Below are positions 49,676 to 61,975 of a stretch of 64,000 nucleotides of DNA, piece after piece; position 1 is the stretch's first letter, and every line of letters starts with the position of its first letter. The DNA lies in contig OZ244561.1 of NCBI GenBank assembly GCA_965217585.1, positions 3,328,001-3,392,000 on the forward strand. Direction: 5' to 3'. Under the pieces are notes generated by a model. The model had not been told where the DNA came from. It searched no databases and saw nothing but the letters and a program-made list of their open reading frames with translations. The stretch is from Candidatus Latescibacterota bacterium (GTDB lineage Bacteria; Latescibacterota; UBA2968; UBA8231). A program made the position numbers and the translations under genes.

Positions 49676-50812
49676 TAGCCGTCCTAAATCATTTAAGTGC
49701 CAAATTATATTGGCTTAACTTAGGGAATTGGAAGTATTTTTTCTGTCGAATGCCCTTGACAAATAGGTCTTTAATCTGTTCAAAACAGGTGGTCCATACC
49801 GCATGGGTACGGACAAAAGTCTTGCCTTTTAACCAGATGTCTTCGACCGGGTTTTCTTGCGGTGTATAGGGCGCTAATCGCGTACAGCATATCTTCCATT
49901 CATCAGGCGGTAGATCGGCCTGCATCGTTTGTAGAAAATCGCGCATGGCCTGTTGGTGATGATAGGACACCCCATCCCAAAAGATCAATAACTTTTGTCC
50001 GGGACGCTGTTGTTGTAGGTAGCGTATAAAATCGACCGTATAGTGTGCATTGGCCTTGGGATATGGTTGCATGAGAAAGGTGCCCTTGACTATATCCAAC
50101 GCCCCATAATAGGTTTGTCGTTGCCGTCCATTTTCAATGGCCACCTCCAGCCGTTGGTCTCGACGCCCCCAGCCATAGCCGCAGGCATCGCCCCAGTGTA
50201 GATGCGATTCATCGATGAAAAAGGCACTGACTTGACCCGCTTGGAGTTCGGCCTTATGCTCGGTTAGTTTTTTTTAATCGCTTCGCGTTTAGAAAGCCCC
50301 TGTTGGGGATCGGTCTTGGGGTGCCGAGCTTGGGCCTTTTTCCAGCTATAGCCCGCCTGAGCAAGCAGATCGTAATAGCTTTGCGATGAGCGAAACACGA
50401 CCCCAAACTGCGTTTGGATATAGGAGGCTAATGAGGCGACCGAAGGGTGCGACTGGGTCGCTAACCAAGCGTTGATTTGGGCGCGCTGATCCGCCGACAA
50501 ATACGGCTGTGAGCCTTTATAGCCTAAGCGAAAACAAGCGACCCCTTCGGCCAGATAGCGCTGCTTCCACGTACTGATGAAGCTCGACTGCACACCGAGA
50601 ATCGCTTGAATCGCACCTTGTTTAAGCCCCAAAAGCGTCATCTGAACCGCTAACGCCCGTTTCAGTTCGCGGGCGTCGGGATTGCTCGCGATAAACGCCG
50701 ATAAAGACGAATCCGAAACCATAGAAAACACTCCTAAAAAAGAACAAGCATGAGAAAACATAGAAGCAAGATAAGAAAAAACCAAAACCTCTCAAGTCAT
50801 TTAGGACTGCTA
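49676..50812 (-). mobile_element. IS630-family IS with two-ORF transposase (50722..50264 and ~50270..49689)
   Basis: IRs TAGCCGTCCTAAAT/ATTTAGGACTGCTA with TA flanks; YSWKK, A8 slippery site, FIDE, WDGVSYH, PQENPVEDIW. Confidence 0.92.
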
Positions 50813-52090
50813 TATAACTCACTTGGACTATTATTCGATGCGAATAGCGAGAAATCACGTATAGCTTTGTGTTTGGATTTTGGATTACTATGTGCGTGAG
50901 GAGTATCTTCGCTAAGTGAATCGAATAGCGTCTGTTGGCTATGATTATCTTGGCGATGTGCATCTTTGTTTACGAAATCGCCCATAGCCTGAAGTCCGCT
51001 ATCAAAGCGCTTTAGTATCGTCTTTATCGCTTCAATGCTATTATCTGCACCTATCCAATTGCGTTGCATTTCGTCCGCAACAGCAAGGGTTGTCCCAGAA
51101 CCGGCAAAACAATCAAGCACCATATCACCGGGATTAGAAGAAGCAGCAATAATTCTTCTAATTAACCCTGGATTCTTTTCAGTTGGGTAGCCAGTAATTT
51201 TTATATTCTGGTTATGTGCATCACGGAACTCCAACCATATGTCCTGAACACTAACTCCAGGATGTTCATCAAGATAAACCTTTCTTCTTGGATTTCCGTT
51301 CTTTGACCAGAATATTTCTCCCCTCGCGTCCATTTCATCTAGCCTCTTAGGCGTGTACTGCCAGTGTTTGCCCGGGGGAGGCATTTCCCCCCTCCATGGT
51401 TTACCAGTTTCCCCCTTGCGTGTTCCCGGGGCATGGACAGGGACTTTCATATACTTCCGTCCAGTACCCTCTTCGACGTACTGATATTTTTTTTCTTTCT
51501 TCAGATAAAGGGACAGTTTGTTTATTCCATATATACTTATCTGTTTTGGTATAAAAAAGTACGAAATCTGCAATATTGCCGTATGTTTTTCGCGTATAGT
51601 TTTTAGGATTACATTTCTTCCGAACAATCATATTTCTGTAGTTTTCTGGTCCAAATACTTCATCCATGATAATTTTTATTTCGAAAATCATTTTTTCATC
51701 TAAGTGTAGGTAAATCGATCCTTTATTCGACAACAATTTATGAAGCAAAACAATTCTTTTACGTAAAAATTCAACGAATGGAGCACCACTCAAGGTGTCT
51801 TCATATGCTCGTGATTGCTTTCGGGAAACAAATTGACTTTGAGTGGCAAATGGAGGGTCTATGTATATGAGATGTACCTTTCCGCATACATTAGGATCTG
51901 TCACAAGGACGCGAAGGACATCGAAATTATCGCCGAAATACAATCGCTTATGAGATGGATTGGAATGGAGCTTATCAAAAGGGACTATGGAACCATTGAA
52001 TATTTCTTCCTCAGTCGCTTTACCTCTATAATCGAGATGCACTCCACTATCTAAGAGAGTATTATTTTTTTTGGGAATACCGATTGCCAT
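50797..52090 (-). pseudogene. N6A/N4C DNA methyltransferase (beta class), frameshifted at an A8 tract (51487-51494)
   Basis: IYIDPPF in the 5' ORF; YPTEKN and VLDCFAGSGTT in the 3' ORF; AT-rich. Confidence 0.88.
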
Positions 52091-52116
52091 ATCTAATATC
52101 CTTTCCTTCAAACTCG

Positions 52117-53031
52117 CTAAATCGACGCGAACCAGTCCTTGTCCACTTCCACGACCTCGACCATCTTTGCGGACACGCCGAGTTTGAGTTCCTTCATTTT
52201 ATCCATTAGCAATTCGCCGTCAATCAAGTCTATCGGCGTCGCGCCATCCCGGGTGGCTTCTCGTTGCGCCTCTATTGTGAAGCGACCCGTTGTCAAGATA
52301 AGGCCCTTTTCCGCCCGTCCTACCATCGCGCCGCGAAAGTCCCTGACCACGCTTGCGCCAACGCTGCCGCTGTAGCGCTTGCACTGGAACAGTACGGGAA
52401 AGCTAATCAGCCCCGCGAGACGGATTATGCCATGCCCGTCGATTCCGCCGTCGCTCGATTTTCCCGTGACCTCAACCTCGATAAAGCCCGATTCCCGCAA
52501 GAGCCTTTGGCACAAGCGTTCGAATGCGTCGGGAGGGATGTTGCGGAGGGTGTCGAGCAAATCCTCACGCCAAGAAGCGGTTTCATCTGCGGGGTCTTCG
52601 GCTGAGTTTTCGATTTCTTCGGCTAGGGTGCCTTCCTCAGTTTTCGTTTTTTTGCGAGATCGCTTCTGTTTCAGGTATCGCTGATAAGAATCAACAACTT
52701 CTTTGGAATCAACACGTTGTGTCTCCTGCCCTTTAGCAGTAAGAGACCATACGCCTCTCTCCGAATTATCAATTAAGCCGTAGTTTTTAAGGAAGGTTCT
52801 CGCAAAGCTCAATCGGTACTCTAGCTCTGTCATACGTTCTGCTTGCCCGCTTTTTTTTCCTCGCGCGCAAGGTATTTGAGTAATAGCAGCAGACAGGCCC
52901 ATATCTTCAATTACTTGATTGGCGATTTCGCGCTTGGAAGCACTGCCTCCAAGCGCGTGGAGCGCGGTAAGTGTAGGATTTAGTAGATCAGACTCCCTCG
53001 GGACGTTATCTACATTGACGTTGTCAGTCAT
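52117..53031 (-). CDS. mrr: Mrr-family type IV restriction endonuclease
   Basis: Mrr_N wHTH (LGGSAS, ART.LK..GLI...RGVWSLT); FERLC..LL, DGGIDG, QCKRY, LIDG. Confidence 0.92.
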   Translation of the reverse strand: MTDNVNVDNVPRESDLLNPTLTALHALGGSASKREIANQVIEDMGLSAAITQIPCARGKKSGQAERMTELEYRLSFARTFLKNYGLIDNSERGVWSLTAKGQETQRVDSKEVVDSYQRYLKQKRSRKKTKTEEGTLAEEIENSAEDPADETASWREDLLDTLRNIPPDAFERLCQRLLRESGFIEVEVTGKSSDGGIDGHGIIRLAGLISFPVLFQCKRYSGSVGASVVRDFRGAMVGRAEKGLILTTGRFTIEAQREATRDGATPIDLIDGELLMDKMKELKLGVSAKMVEVVEVDKDWFASI

Positions 53032-53066
53032 CGCAAAAACTCCTTTGCAGAATTACCCGCGTCGCT

Positions 53067-53855
53067 TTACCGACGGATATGCGGCGCTTCCATCACGGCC
53101 CGCTCCTCCTCGGTCATGTCCTCGATGTACTCGGAATACGTCGTCTCGTGCGGTCCCGAGCCATAGGACAGGGTGCCTGGGCTGAACTTGTACAGCAGCG
53201 CCCGCCGCTCGTGCGCGGCCGTCCACGGCAGCGTCCCGTGCGTCAAGGTCTCGGTGAAGATCACTGCGTCGCCGGCCTTGCCATTTACTTCGATCACGTG
53301 CTCTTGGTGCTTTTCCCACTTAATCATGCTCCGCGGACAGGCTAGGTTGGCCTTGTGGCTACCCGGTATCACCGCTACGCCCCCGTCGCCCGGCCCCTCG
53401 TCGGCTAGCAGATACTCGACCACGGTCAGCCCGGTGAAGATGCGACCGTTCTTAAAGAAGTACACCTCCGATATATCCCCGCGCTCCACCCCGCCGCCGT
53501 GCAAAAGCCCGCCCTCGCAGCCTGTGTCCATGGCGATCAGCCCCGGCCCGTGGTCGAGACGATACCCCCGGCCCAAGATTTCTTCGAGATAGGGTTTGAC
53601 TTTGGTATGCGCCAGCAACTTGCGGAACGGCTCGCAATAGGGCCGATCCCAAGCCAACATGCCGCCTAAATCCTTGCGCCGCGAGGTGCCTTGCATCGTC
53701 TGCGAGTCGCCGGACATCGGGCGATCTATCTCGCTCATAAGGTCGTGGTGGCGGTCGATGCCAGCGTTGAGCTGGGACACCTCCTCGGCGGTCAGCACGT
53801 CTCTGAGGACCAAATAGCCCGTCAGGTCAAAGAGATATTTGTCGTCTGCGTTCAT
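53067..53855 (-). CDS. PhyH-family dioxygenase (HGG variant)
   Basis: FDLTGYLVL, LHGG, IPGSHK, AGDAVIF.E.LTHGT, RRALLYKF. Confidence 0.85.
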   Translation of the reverse strand: MNADDKYLFDLTGYLVLRDVLTAEEVSQLNAGIDRHHDLMSEIDRPMSGDSQTMQGTSRRKDLGGMLAWDRPYCEPFRKLLAHTKVKPYLEEILGRGYRLDHGPGLIAMDTGCEGGLLHGGGVERGDISEVYFFKNGRIFTGLTVVEYLLADEGPGDGGVAVIPGSHKANLACPRSMIKWEKHQEHVIEVNGKAGDAVIFTETLTHGTLPWTAAHERRALLYKFSPGTLSYGSGPHETTYSEYIEDMTEEERAVMEAPHIRR

Positions 53856-53952
53856 GGGGGACTCCTTTGGAGAAAGGTAGGCTGAGAAGATGGTAAATTA
53901 GCGAGCGGCAGAGTAGCCCATTACCGCTGATTTGCCGTAATTATTGCAAGTG

Positions 53953-55883
<1,931 letters not shown>

Positions 55884-55887
<4 letters not shown>

Positions 55888-56270
55888 AACGCAAAAACAT
55901 ACCGACTAGCAGCCCGTTTGGCGCGGAGTTCGGTTATTCGCGCGCCGTGCGCGTGGACCGGCACGTCCACGTCGCTGGCACCTGCGCCCAGCCGCCGCAG
56001 GACCAGGGCGATGCCTACGAACAGGCCAAGGGCGCGTTGCAGATCATCGCCACGGCTCTCACCGAAACCGGAGCTAGCCTCGAAGACGTGGTGCGAACGG
56101 TCGTGTACATCACCGATGTGACCCATGCCGCTGGAGTCACCCGCGCTCACCGCGAGGTATTTGGCGAGATTTTGCCGGCTTCGACCTTGGTCGTGATAGC
56201 CGCGCTGCTAAAGCCGCACTTGGTCGTCGAGATCGAAGCCTATGCCGTTTTGCCCACAGAAAGCGCGTGA
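55884..56270 (+). CDS. RidA family protein
   Basis: GYSRAVRV, DVVRT, PAST, VEIEA. Confidence 0.9.
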
Positions 56271-57340
56271 ACAAAGACCGCCAAGTCCTGTCCATTGGCG
56301 TGTTGGGCTGCGGCCCCATCGCCCAATTCGCCCACTTTGAGTCGTGTATCAAGGCCCGCAATACGCGGCTGTACGCGCTGTGCGACCAAGCGTCGGACTT
56401 AGTCGAGCGCATGGCGGCCATTCACCAGCCGGAGAAAACCTACGCCGACTTTGCCGACATGCTCGCGGATCCGCAGGTGGAAGCGGTCATCATCGCCACG
56501 GCTGATGCGTTCCACGTCCCGCTCAGCTTGCAGGCGTTGGCGGCTGGCAAACACGTCTTCGTGGAAAAGCCGCTGGGAACAAGCGTGGAAGAGTGCGAAG
56601 CTCTGCGTCAGGCCGTTGCCGACTCGGGCTGCAAGCTCCAGGTCGGCCACATGAAGCGCTTCGATCCCGGCATTGCTTTTGCCCGGCAGTTTATCCGCGA
56701 GGAGATGGGGTCGCTTTTGGCCCTGAAGGCTTGGTATTGCGATTCGACCTATCGCTACACCATGACTGACAACCTCCAGCCGCTGCCGCTGAGCAGTGAT
56801 CAGGCGCGCAAGCCAGCGGACGATCCCAAGGGCGACAAGCGGCGCTACTTCATGCTGACCCACGGTTCGCATCTCATCGACCTAGCCCGCTTTTTGGGCG
56901 GTCCGCTCGCGGCCGTGCGCGGACGGTGCAAGGAAATGTTCGGGGCGTATTCTTGGTTTGTCGAAGTGGAGTTCGCCAACGGCGGTCAGGGGCATCTCGA
57001 CCTGACGGTGGCCGTGCGCATGGACTACCACGAGGGCTTTCACATCTACGGAGAGCACGGCAGCGTCGTCGGCAAAACCTACCTGCCGTGGTTTTTGAAA
57101 TCCAGCGATGTCGAATGCTTCTCCACGCGAGACGGTCAGTACCACCGGCCTTTAGGGGCCGACGCGCACTTCTACCGACTCCAACTCGAAGGTTTTGCCG
57201 ATACCGTCCTGTACGACGCGCCCCAAATGGGGGCCGATGTGGAGGATGGAACCGAAGCGATGCGGGCGATGGCCGCCATTGTCCGCTCGGTCACCAGCGG
57301 CGATTGGGTCCGCTTGGAGACCGTCACCGGCGGCGTCTAA
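56267..57340 (+). CDS. Gfo/Idh/MocA oxidoreductase
   Basis: GVLGCGPIA, AGKHVFVEKP, GHMKRFDP, HGSHLID. Confidence 0.9.
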   Translation: MNKDRQVLSIGVLGCGPIAQFAHFESCIKARNTRLYALCDQASDLVERMAAIHQPEKTYADFADMLADPQVEAVIIATADAFHVPLSLQALAAGKHVFVEKPLGTSVEECEALRQAVADSGCKLQVGHMKRFDPGIAFARQFIREEMGSLLALKAWYCDSTYRYTMTDNLQPLPLSSDQARKPADDPKGDKRRYFMLTHGSHLIDLARFLGGPLAAVRGRCKEMFGAYSWFVEVEFANGGQGHLDLTVAVRMDYHEGFHIYGEHGSVVGKTYLPWFLKSSDVECFSTRDGQYHRPLGADAHFYRLQLEGFADTVLYDAPQMGADVEDGTEAMRAMAAIVRSVTSGDWVRLETVTGGV

Positions 57341-57352
57341 CACAGCGGATCA

Positions 57353-58897
57353 ATGCCCATGTCCTCGTCCGGCCCTCGCTTATGGCCTCTCTATTTGCTC
57401 GGAGGAGGCGTCGTCTTAGCGCTCCTGCTGATCTGGTTGCCCGAATCCCCCCATCGCCAGCAACAGGTCATGCGCACTATGGCCACCTTCATGCTCGCGA
57501 TTTTCTTTTCTTTGCTCTGGTTGCTCTTCGCGTCGCGGCTGGCCTGGGGACGGCGCCTGCGCTATTTCGGCGGTATCGTCCTCGCCATTGGGCTTGGGAT
57601 CGGGCTTTTTCGCATTAAGGGTATGAGCGGCGACTTCGCACCGATCCTCGAATGGCGTTGGAGTACTGAGGGCGAAGCCACCGCGGTCGAAGGAGGGGAT
57701 GCAACCGCGCTCGACGCCCGCGATTGGCCGCAATTTCTCGGCCCCGAGCGCAACAACCGCCTCCGCGGCGTCCACCTCGAGCGCGACTGGGCCAAGCACC
57801 CGCCGCGCGAAATCTGGCGTCGCCCCGTCGGCGCAGCGTGGTCCTCGTTTGCCATTGTCGGTGGCCGAGCCGTAACCCAGGAGCAACACGGCCCCGAGGA
57901 GCAGGTCGTCTGCTACGACTTGGCAACGGGCCGCAAGCTCTGGCAACACGCCGACTCGACTCGCTACGAGACCGCCATAGCCGGCATCGGCCCGCGCGCT
58001 ACGCCCACCATCGCTGGAGACCGGGTTTTCACGCTGGGCGCTACTGGCATCCTCAACTGCCTAGATCTGGCCAGCGGGGCGCTGATTTGGTCGCGGGACA
58101 TCCTCGCCGACAATCAGGCTAAGGCCCATATATGGGGCATTAGCTGTTCGCCGTTGGTCCTCGACACCTTGGTCGTGGTCAGTGCCGGAGGCCCGGATGA
58201 GCGCTCGCTAGTGGCCTATCACCGCCAAAACGGCGCGTTTGTGTGGGGCGGGGGCGCAGACAAGGCCGGCTTCAGCTCGCCGCGTTTGGTCACTTTAGCT
58301 GGACGCAAGCAGATCCTGATTTTCAACAACCACAGCGTCGTCGCACACGATCCGCAGAGCGGAGTGCCCCTCTGGCGCCAGCCTTGGGATCGGGCTGAAT
58401 GCATTGCCAATCCCCTGCCCTTGCCCGGGGACCGGGTTCTGGTCTCCACCGGCTACGGCATTGGAGCCAAGCTGTATCAAGTGAATGCCGCGCCCAACGG
58501 CGGCTTGACGACCGATATCGTCTGGAAGAGTCCCCGGATCAAGGCCAAATTTGCCAACATGGTCTACCGCGATGGTTTTGTTTATGGCCTCGACGATGGG
58601 GTGCTGGTCTGCCTCGACCCGCAAGACGGCAAGCGTCGCTGGAAGCGCGGGCGCTACGGCCACGGCCAGCTCATCCTGATAGACGATATCCTGCTGATAA
58701 TGAGCGAATCGGGCGACGTGTTACTGGTCGAGGCTCGCCCCGACCGCCACGTAGAACTAGCGCGAATGACGGCCTTCGACGGCAAAACTTGGAATCCCCC
58801 GGCCTTTGCCACACCCTATCTGTTAGTGCGCACGGACAGCGAGGCCGCCTGCTACGAGCTGGCGCTTGCAGACGGTGTCCAGGCGCAGCGCTTCTAA
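57353..58897 (+). CDS. Membrane-anchored PQQ-like beta-propeller protein
   Basis: 3 N-terminal TM segments; DWPQFLGP.RN, GPRATP, SPLV, TWNPP. Confidence 0.85.
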   Translation: MPMSSSGPRLWPLYLLGGGVVLALLLIWLPESPHRQQQVMRTMATFMLAIFFSLLWLLFASRLAWGRRLRYFGGIVLAIGLGIGLFRIKGMSGDFAPILEWRWSTEGEATAVEGGDATALDARDWPQFLGPERNNRLRGVHLERDWAKHPPREIWRRPVGAAWSSFAIVGGRAVTQEQHGPEEQVVCYDLATGRKLWQHADSTRYETAIAGIGPRATPTIAGDRVFTLGATGILNCLDLASGALIWSRDILADNQAKAHIWGISCSPLVLDTLVVVSAGGPDERSLVAYHRQNGAFVWGGGADKAGFSSPRLVTLAGRKQILIFNNHSVVAHDPQSGVPLWRQPWDRAECIANPLPLPGDRVLVSTGYGIGAKLYQVNAAPNGGLTTDIVWKSPRIKAKFANMVYRDGFVYGLDDGVLVCLDPQDGKRRWKRGRYGHGQLILIDDILLIMSESGDVLLVEARPDRHVELARMTAFDGKTWNPPAFATPYLLVRTDSEAACYELALADGVQAQRF

Positions 58898-58981
58898 TAG
58901 GGTCATGGATTTACCCGTTGCCCTGCCAATTGTGACTCTATGTCTGAATTGGTAGTGCCTCTTAAATAAAGGAGGAAAGTC

Positions 58982-59851
58982 ATGAAAGACTATTCGCACA
59001 TTCAGAAGCCGGACTTGGGCTATCGCTATGAGTTTGCCACCGATGAACTCGACGCGATGGACGAGTGCTTGGAGGCGCACGGCTTCGCGGTGATCAAAGA
59101 CGTGCTGCCGCCGGAGATCGTCGCCAAGCTCAAGCAGGCGGTGTGGGACGGCACGGACCCGGAGCACACGTTGCAACCGGGCGAGAGCCGCACGCGGCAC
59201 GCTTGGATCGAGTCCGGCCCGGGCGCTTGGGAAGTGCTCGACTACGAGCCTTTCATGGACATTCACCGGCACCTGATCGGCACCGACGAACTGACGCTCC
59301 ACCGCTCGGCCGCCATCATCCGCCGGACTGGCTCGGCTCCCGTGGGGTGGCATACCGATTGGTGCGGCTACTCGACCGAGATCAAGCATTCGGGCGACGT
59401 CCTCAACCGCGGACTGTGGCCGTCGGGCAAGTGGTTCTACCTGACCGGCTCGCGGCCCGAGCACGGCGGCCTGTGCGTCATTGAGGATTCCCACGTCGAA
59501 GATTGGGAGGGGCCGGAGGGATTCAGCATGACGGCCGACCGGCGCTCCTTCTACCCGGAGGGCACGGAGGAACGCGGCTACAACGGCTTCGACATCCCCG
59601 GCCTCGTCCCCCTCTTCACCAACGGCGGCGACATGATCGTCTTCGCCCATCGCACGTATCACGGCGCGTTCCCCAACCGAATTGAAGAAACGCGCCTCTC
59701 TTGCGGCATCGGCTTCCGTCCCCGCAACCACCGCATCGACATTCCCTGGGAAATCCCCGAGGGAGGCCAGTGGTTTTTGGCCAACCTACCCGAGCATTTG
59801 CGCCGCTATACGGACGGGTACACGAGCATCAATTTGGAGTGGCAGGGCTGA
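58982..59851 (+). CDS. PhyH-family dioxygenase
   Basis: HGFAVIKDVL, WHTD, GLCVIEDSH, GDMIVF..RTYHG; RBS AGGAGG. Confidence 0.85.
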   Translation: MKDYSHIQKPDLGYRYEFATDELDAMDECLEAHGFAVIKDVLPPEIVAKLKQAVWDGTDPEHTLQPGESRTRHAWIESGPGAWEVLDYEPFMDIHRHLIGTDELTLHRSAAIIRRTGSAPVGWHTDWCGYSTEIKHSGDVLNRGLWPSGKWFYLTGSRPEHGGLCVIEDSHVEDWEGPEGFSMTADRRSFYPEGTEERGYNGFDIPGLVPLFTNGGDMIVFAHRTYHGAFPNRIEETRLSCGIGFRPRNHRIDIPWEIPEGGQWFLANLPEHLRRYTDGYTSINLEWQG

Positions 59852-59906
59852 CTGACCAGGACTAATCCTCGCGGCGCGGGCGGACCACAGTTTCGCCGAC
59901 CGGTTC
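59851..59906 (-). repeat. Copy of the 3' end and flank of PhyH gene 61109..61945 (61098..61153)
   Basis: 45-bp core CTAATCCTCGCGGCGCGGGCGGACCAC.GTTTCGCCG.CCGGTTC with 2 mismatches, plus 8/11 flank match. Confidence 0.92.
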
Positions 59907-59926
59907 CTGAAAGAAGAGAGATCGCC

Positions 59927-61069
59927 ATGAAGGATACTCGTCCCCGACTGCTCTTCAATTCCCGTGGGCGCTTGGGCGTATTTGACCTGAATGATTCGCG
60001 GATATGGTATCCTCGCCCGGACGTTCCGGGCATGGTCAGTTGGAGCTGGGGGCCGGTCTTCGAAGATCGTCGCCGGGTGATCGTGTCCGGTTGCGAACCC
60101 GGCAAGGCCTGGGAAGGCAACGTAAGGGTCCATCTGTGGATATATGACCTAGATGAAAACCGGCTGCTGGGGGAGATCGCCCGCAAAAACAGGCCCGCCC
60201 CCTTCATGGTGTGCAGTCATATCCTGCCGGGGGAAGATCGCCTCGTGATGAACCCGATCATCGACGGGAAACAGCGCGTCTGGACCATGGATCTGGATGG
60301 TTCCGAGCCACGGGAAATCACGCGCGTCGAAGACGGGTTTGTTTATTGCGTCCAGATCAGCCCGGACGGCCAGAAGATCGCGTACCACGCGACCATGCTG
60401 TCCGGCCGGGACAGTTACTGCGTTTTCGTCTCGGACCTGGACGGAGGCAACCGGGTGGAAGTCGCCTCGGCCCTGGGTCACTTGTACTTCGGACCCATGT
60501 GGTCGCCGGACGGAAAATGGCTGATCTACCAAGACTGCCACTATCCCGACGATCCGGGCCACGACTGGGCGGACCTTTGCCTGGGCAGCAGAGATGGGTC
60601 GATAAACCGGAAGGTCACGGAGGGCCAGCGCCAGTGGTTCGCCACGTCCTACGGCGACCCGGAAACCCGGGGTGGCGGTTCCAACATGGCCCAGTGGACG
60701 CCGGACGGAAAAAGGGTAACCTACACCCGGGCAGAGCCCGGTTCTCAAACGGCTTGGCCGTACCAGGCGGAACGGCCGGATACCGATCATTTCAACCGGG
60801 ACTACTACCCGGAGGACGCCCGCGGCGGCACCGCCATATGTCTGCTCGATCCCTTTACGGGCGAGGAGACGGAGTTTATACCCTGCGAATCTCGCGTCTG
60901 GAATTTCCGTGCGGTCTGGTCGCCGGACGGCTCTATGTTTGCCTTCTGCCGCGCCGAGGTTGGTTCACCGAGCAGCCTGTGGCTGGTCAATGCCGACGGC
61001 AGTGCCCCGCGCATGTTGACCGACGGATACGAACACCAGGGTGCGGATCACCCGCTATGGGTGGTGTGA
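59927..61069 (+). CDS. TolB-like (PD40 repeat) beta-propeller protein
   Basis: ISPDGQKIAY, WSPDGKWLIY, WTPDGKRVTY, WSPDGSMFAF. Confidence 0.83.
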   Translation: MKDTRPRLLFNSRGRLGVFDLNDSRIWYPRPDVPGMVSWSWGPVFEDRRRVIVSGCEPGKAWEGNVRVHLWIYDLDENRLLGEIARKNRPAPFMVCSHILPGEDRLVMNPIIDGKQRVWTMDLDGSEPREITRVEDGFVYCVQISPDGQKIAYHATMLSGRDSYCVFVSDLDGGNRVEVASALGHLYFGPMWSPDGKWLIYQDCHYPDDPGHDWADLCLGSRDGSINRKVTEGQRQWFATSYGDPETRGGGSNMAQWTPDGKRVTYTRAEPGSQTAWPYQAERPDTDHFNRDYYPEDARGGTAICLLDPFTGEETEFIPCESRVWNFRAVWSPDGSMFAFCRAEVGSPSSLWLVNADGSAPRMLTDGYEHQGADHPLWVV

Positions 61070-61108
61070 CGGGAGCTAGTCCCTCCCTCTGTAGTGAACT
61101 GGCTAGGG

Positions 61109-61945
61109 CTAATCCTCGCGGCGCGGGCGGACCACGGTTTCGCCGTCCGGTTCGATGAGGGGGTGATGGTAGATGTAGGGCGGTTCGAGCACTGCCTGCT
61201 GCGCTGCGGTCAATTCCGACACCCATTCTGGTTGGCTGACCTCGTATGTGCCGCCGTCGTAGTGCAGGTACTTCGGCGTGTACCGGTAGAGCAGGGCGCG
61301 GCGGTCGTGGTCCGCCTGCCACGGCAGGGTGCCGTGCAAGGTGTTTTCGCTAAAGATGACCATGTCGCCGGCCTTCAGGGGCACTTGGTAAACAACCTCT
61401 TGGTGCTCCTCCCAAGTAGTGATCTTCGCAGGGCAAGAAAAGTTTGCCTTGTGGCTGCCCGGGATGACGCAGAGGCCGCCGTCGCCGGGATTCTGATCGT
61501 GTAAAGTGTACTGGACGACCAGAAGGCCACAGCGCATTTGGCCGTTGGAGTACGCGTAGAAGCGGGAGCCATTGAAGAGGACGTTGGTGGTGCCGTGGAT
61601 GCGCAGGCCTTCGATTCCTTTAGGACCGGTAATCATTAACGGCTCGTGGTCGAGCTTCCAGCCGCGTCCGTGCAGGGTGTCGAGGTAGGGCAGGAGCTTG
61701 CGGTGGGCGAGCAGGTCGCGGAATGGCTGGCAATGGGGCTGCTCCCAGGTGAGCATGTCGGTGAAAAGGCCGCGCTTGTTCGTTCCAGCCATGTTGCCGC
61801 TGGGGTCGCCGATTGGGTCTTCGCGGCGCTGGTCCCAGTTGGCGTCGAAAGCGTCGTTGAGCGCTTTGACTTCGCCTTGCGAGAGGAACTCGCGGACGAC
61901 GGTGAAGCCCTGCAGGTCGAAGAGGAATTTTTCGGTGTCGTTCAT
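61109..61945 (-). CDS. PhyH-family dioxygenase (HGT variant)
   Basis: FDLQGF.VV, IHGT, IPGSHK, AGDMVIF.E.TLHGT; paralog of 53067. Confidence 0.85.
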   Translation of the reverse strand: MNDTEKFLFDLQGFTVVREFLSQGEVKALNDAFDANWDQRREDPIGDPSGNMAGTNKRGLFTDMLTWEQPHCQPFRDLLAHRKLLPYLDTLHGRGWKLDHEPLMITGPKGIEGLRIHGTTNVLFNGSRFYAYSNGQMRCGLLVVQYTLHDQNPGDGGLCVIPGSHKANFSCPAKITTWEEHQEVVYQVPLKAGDMVIFSENTLHGTLPWQADHDRRALLYRYTPKYLHYDGGTYEVSQPEWVSELTAAQQAVLEPPYIYHHPLIEPDGETVVRPRRED

Positions 61946-61975
61946 GTCGATTCTGACCTCCCGTCAGTTGTTGAA

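Noticed and set aside
49604-50820. In-frame fusion of the MTase to the duplicated mrr tail after IS630 removal
   Set aside because: Removing the IS plus one TA gives GAG TTA TAG (stop). The mrr tail is in another frame.
59851-61153. DGR template/variable repeat pair
   Set aside because: Mismatches are A-biased only on the non-coding strand, there is no reverse transcriptase in the window, and the target is not a typical DGR fold.
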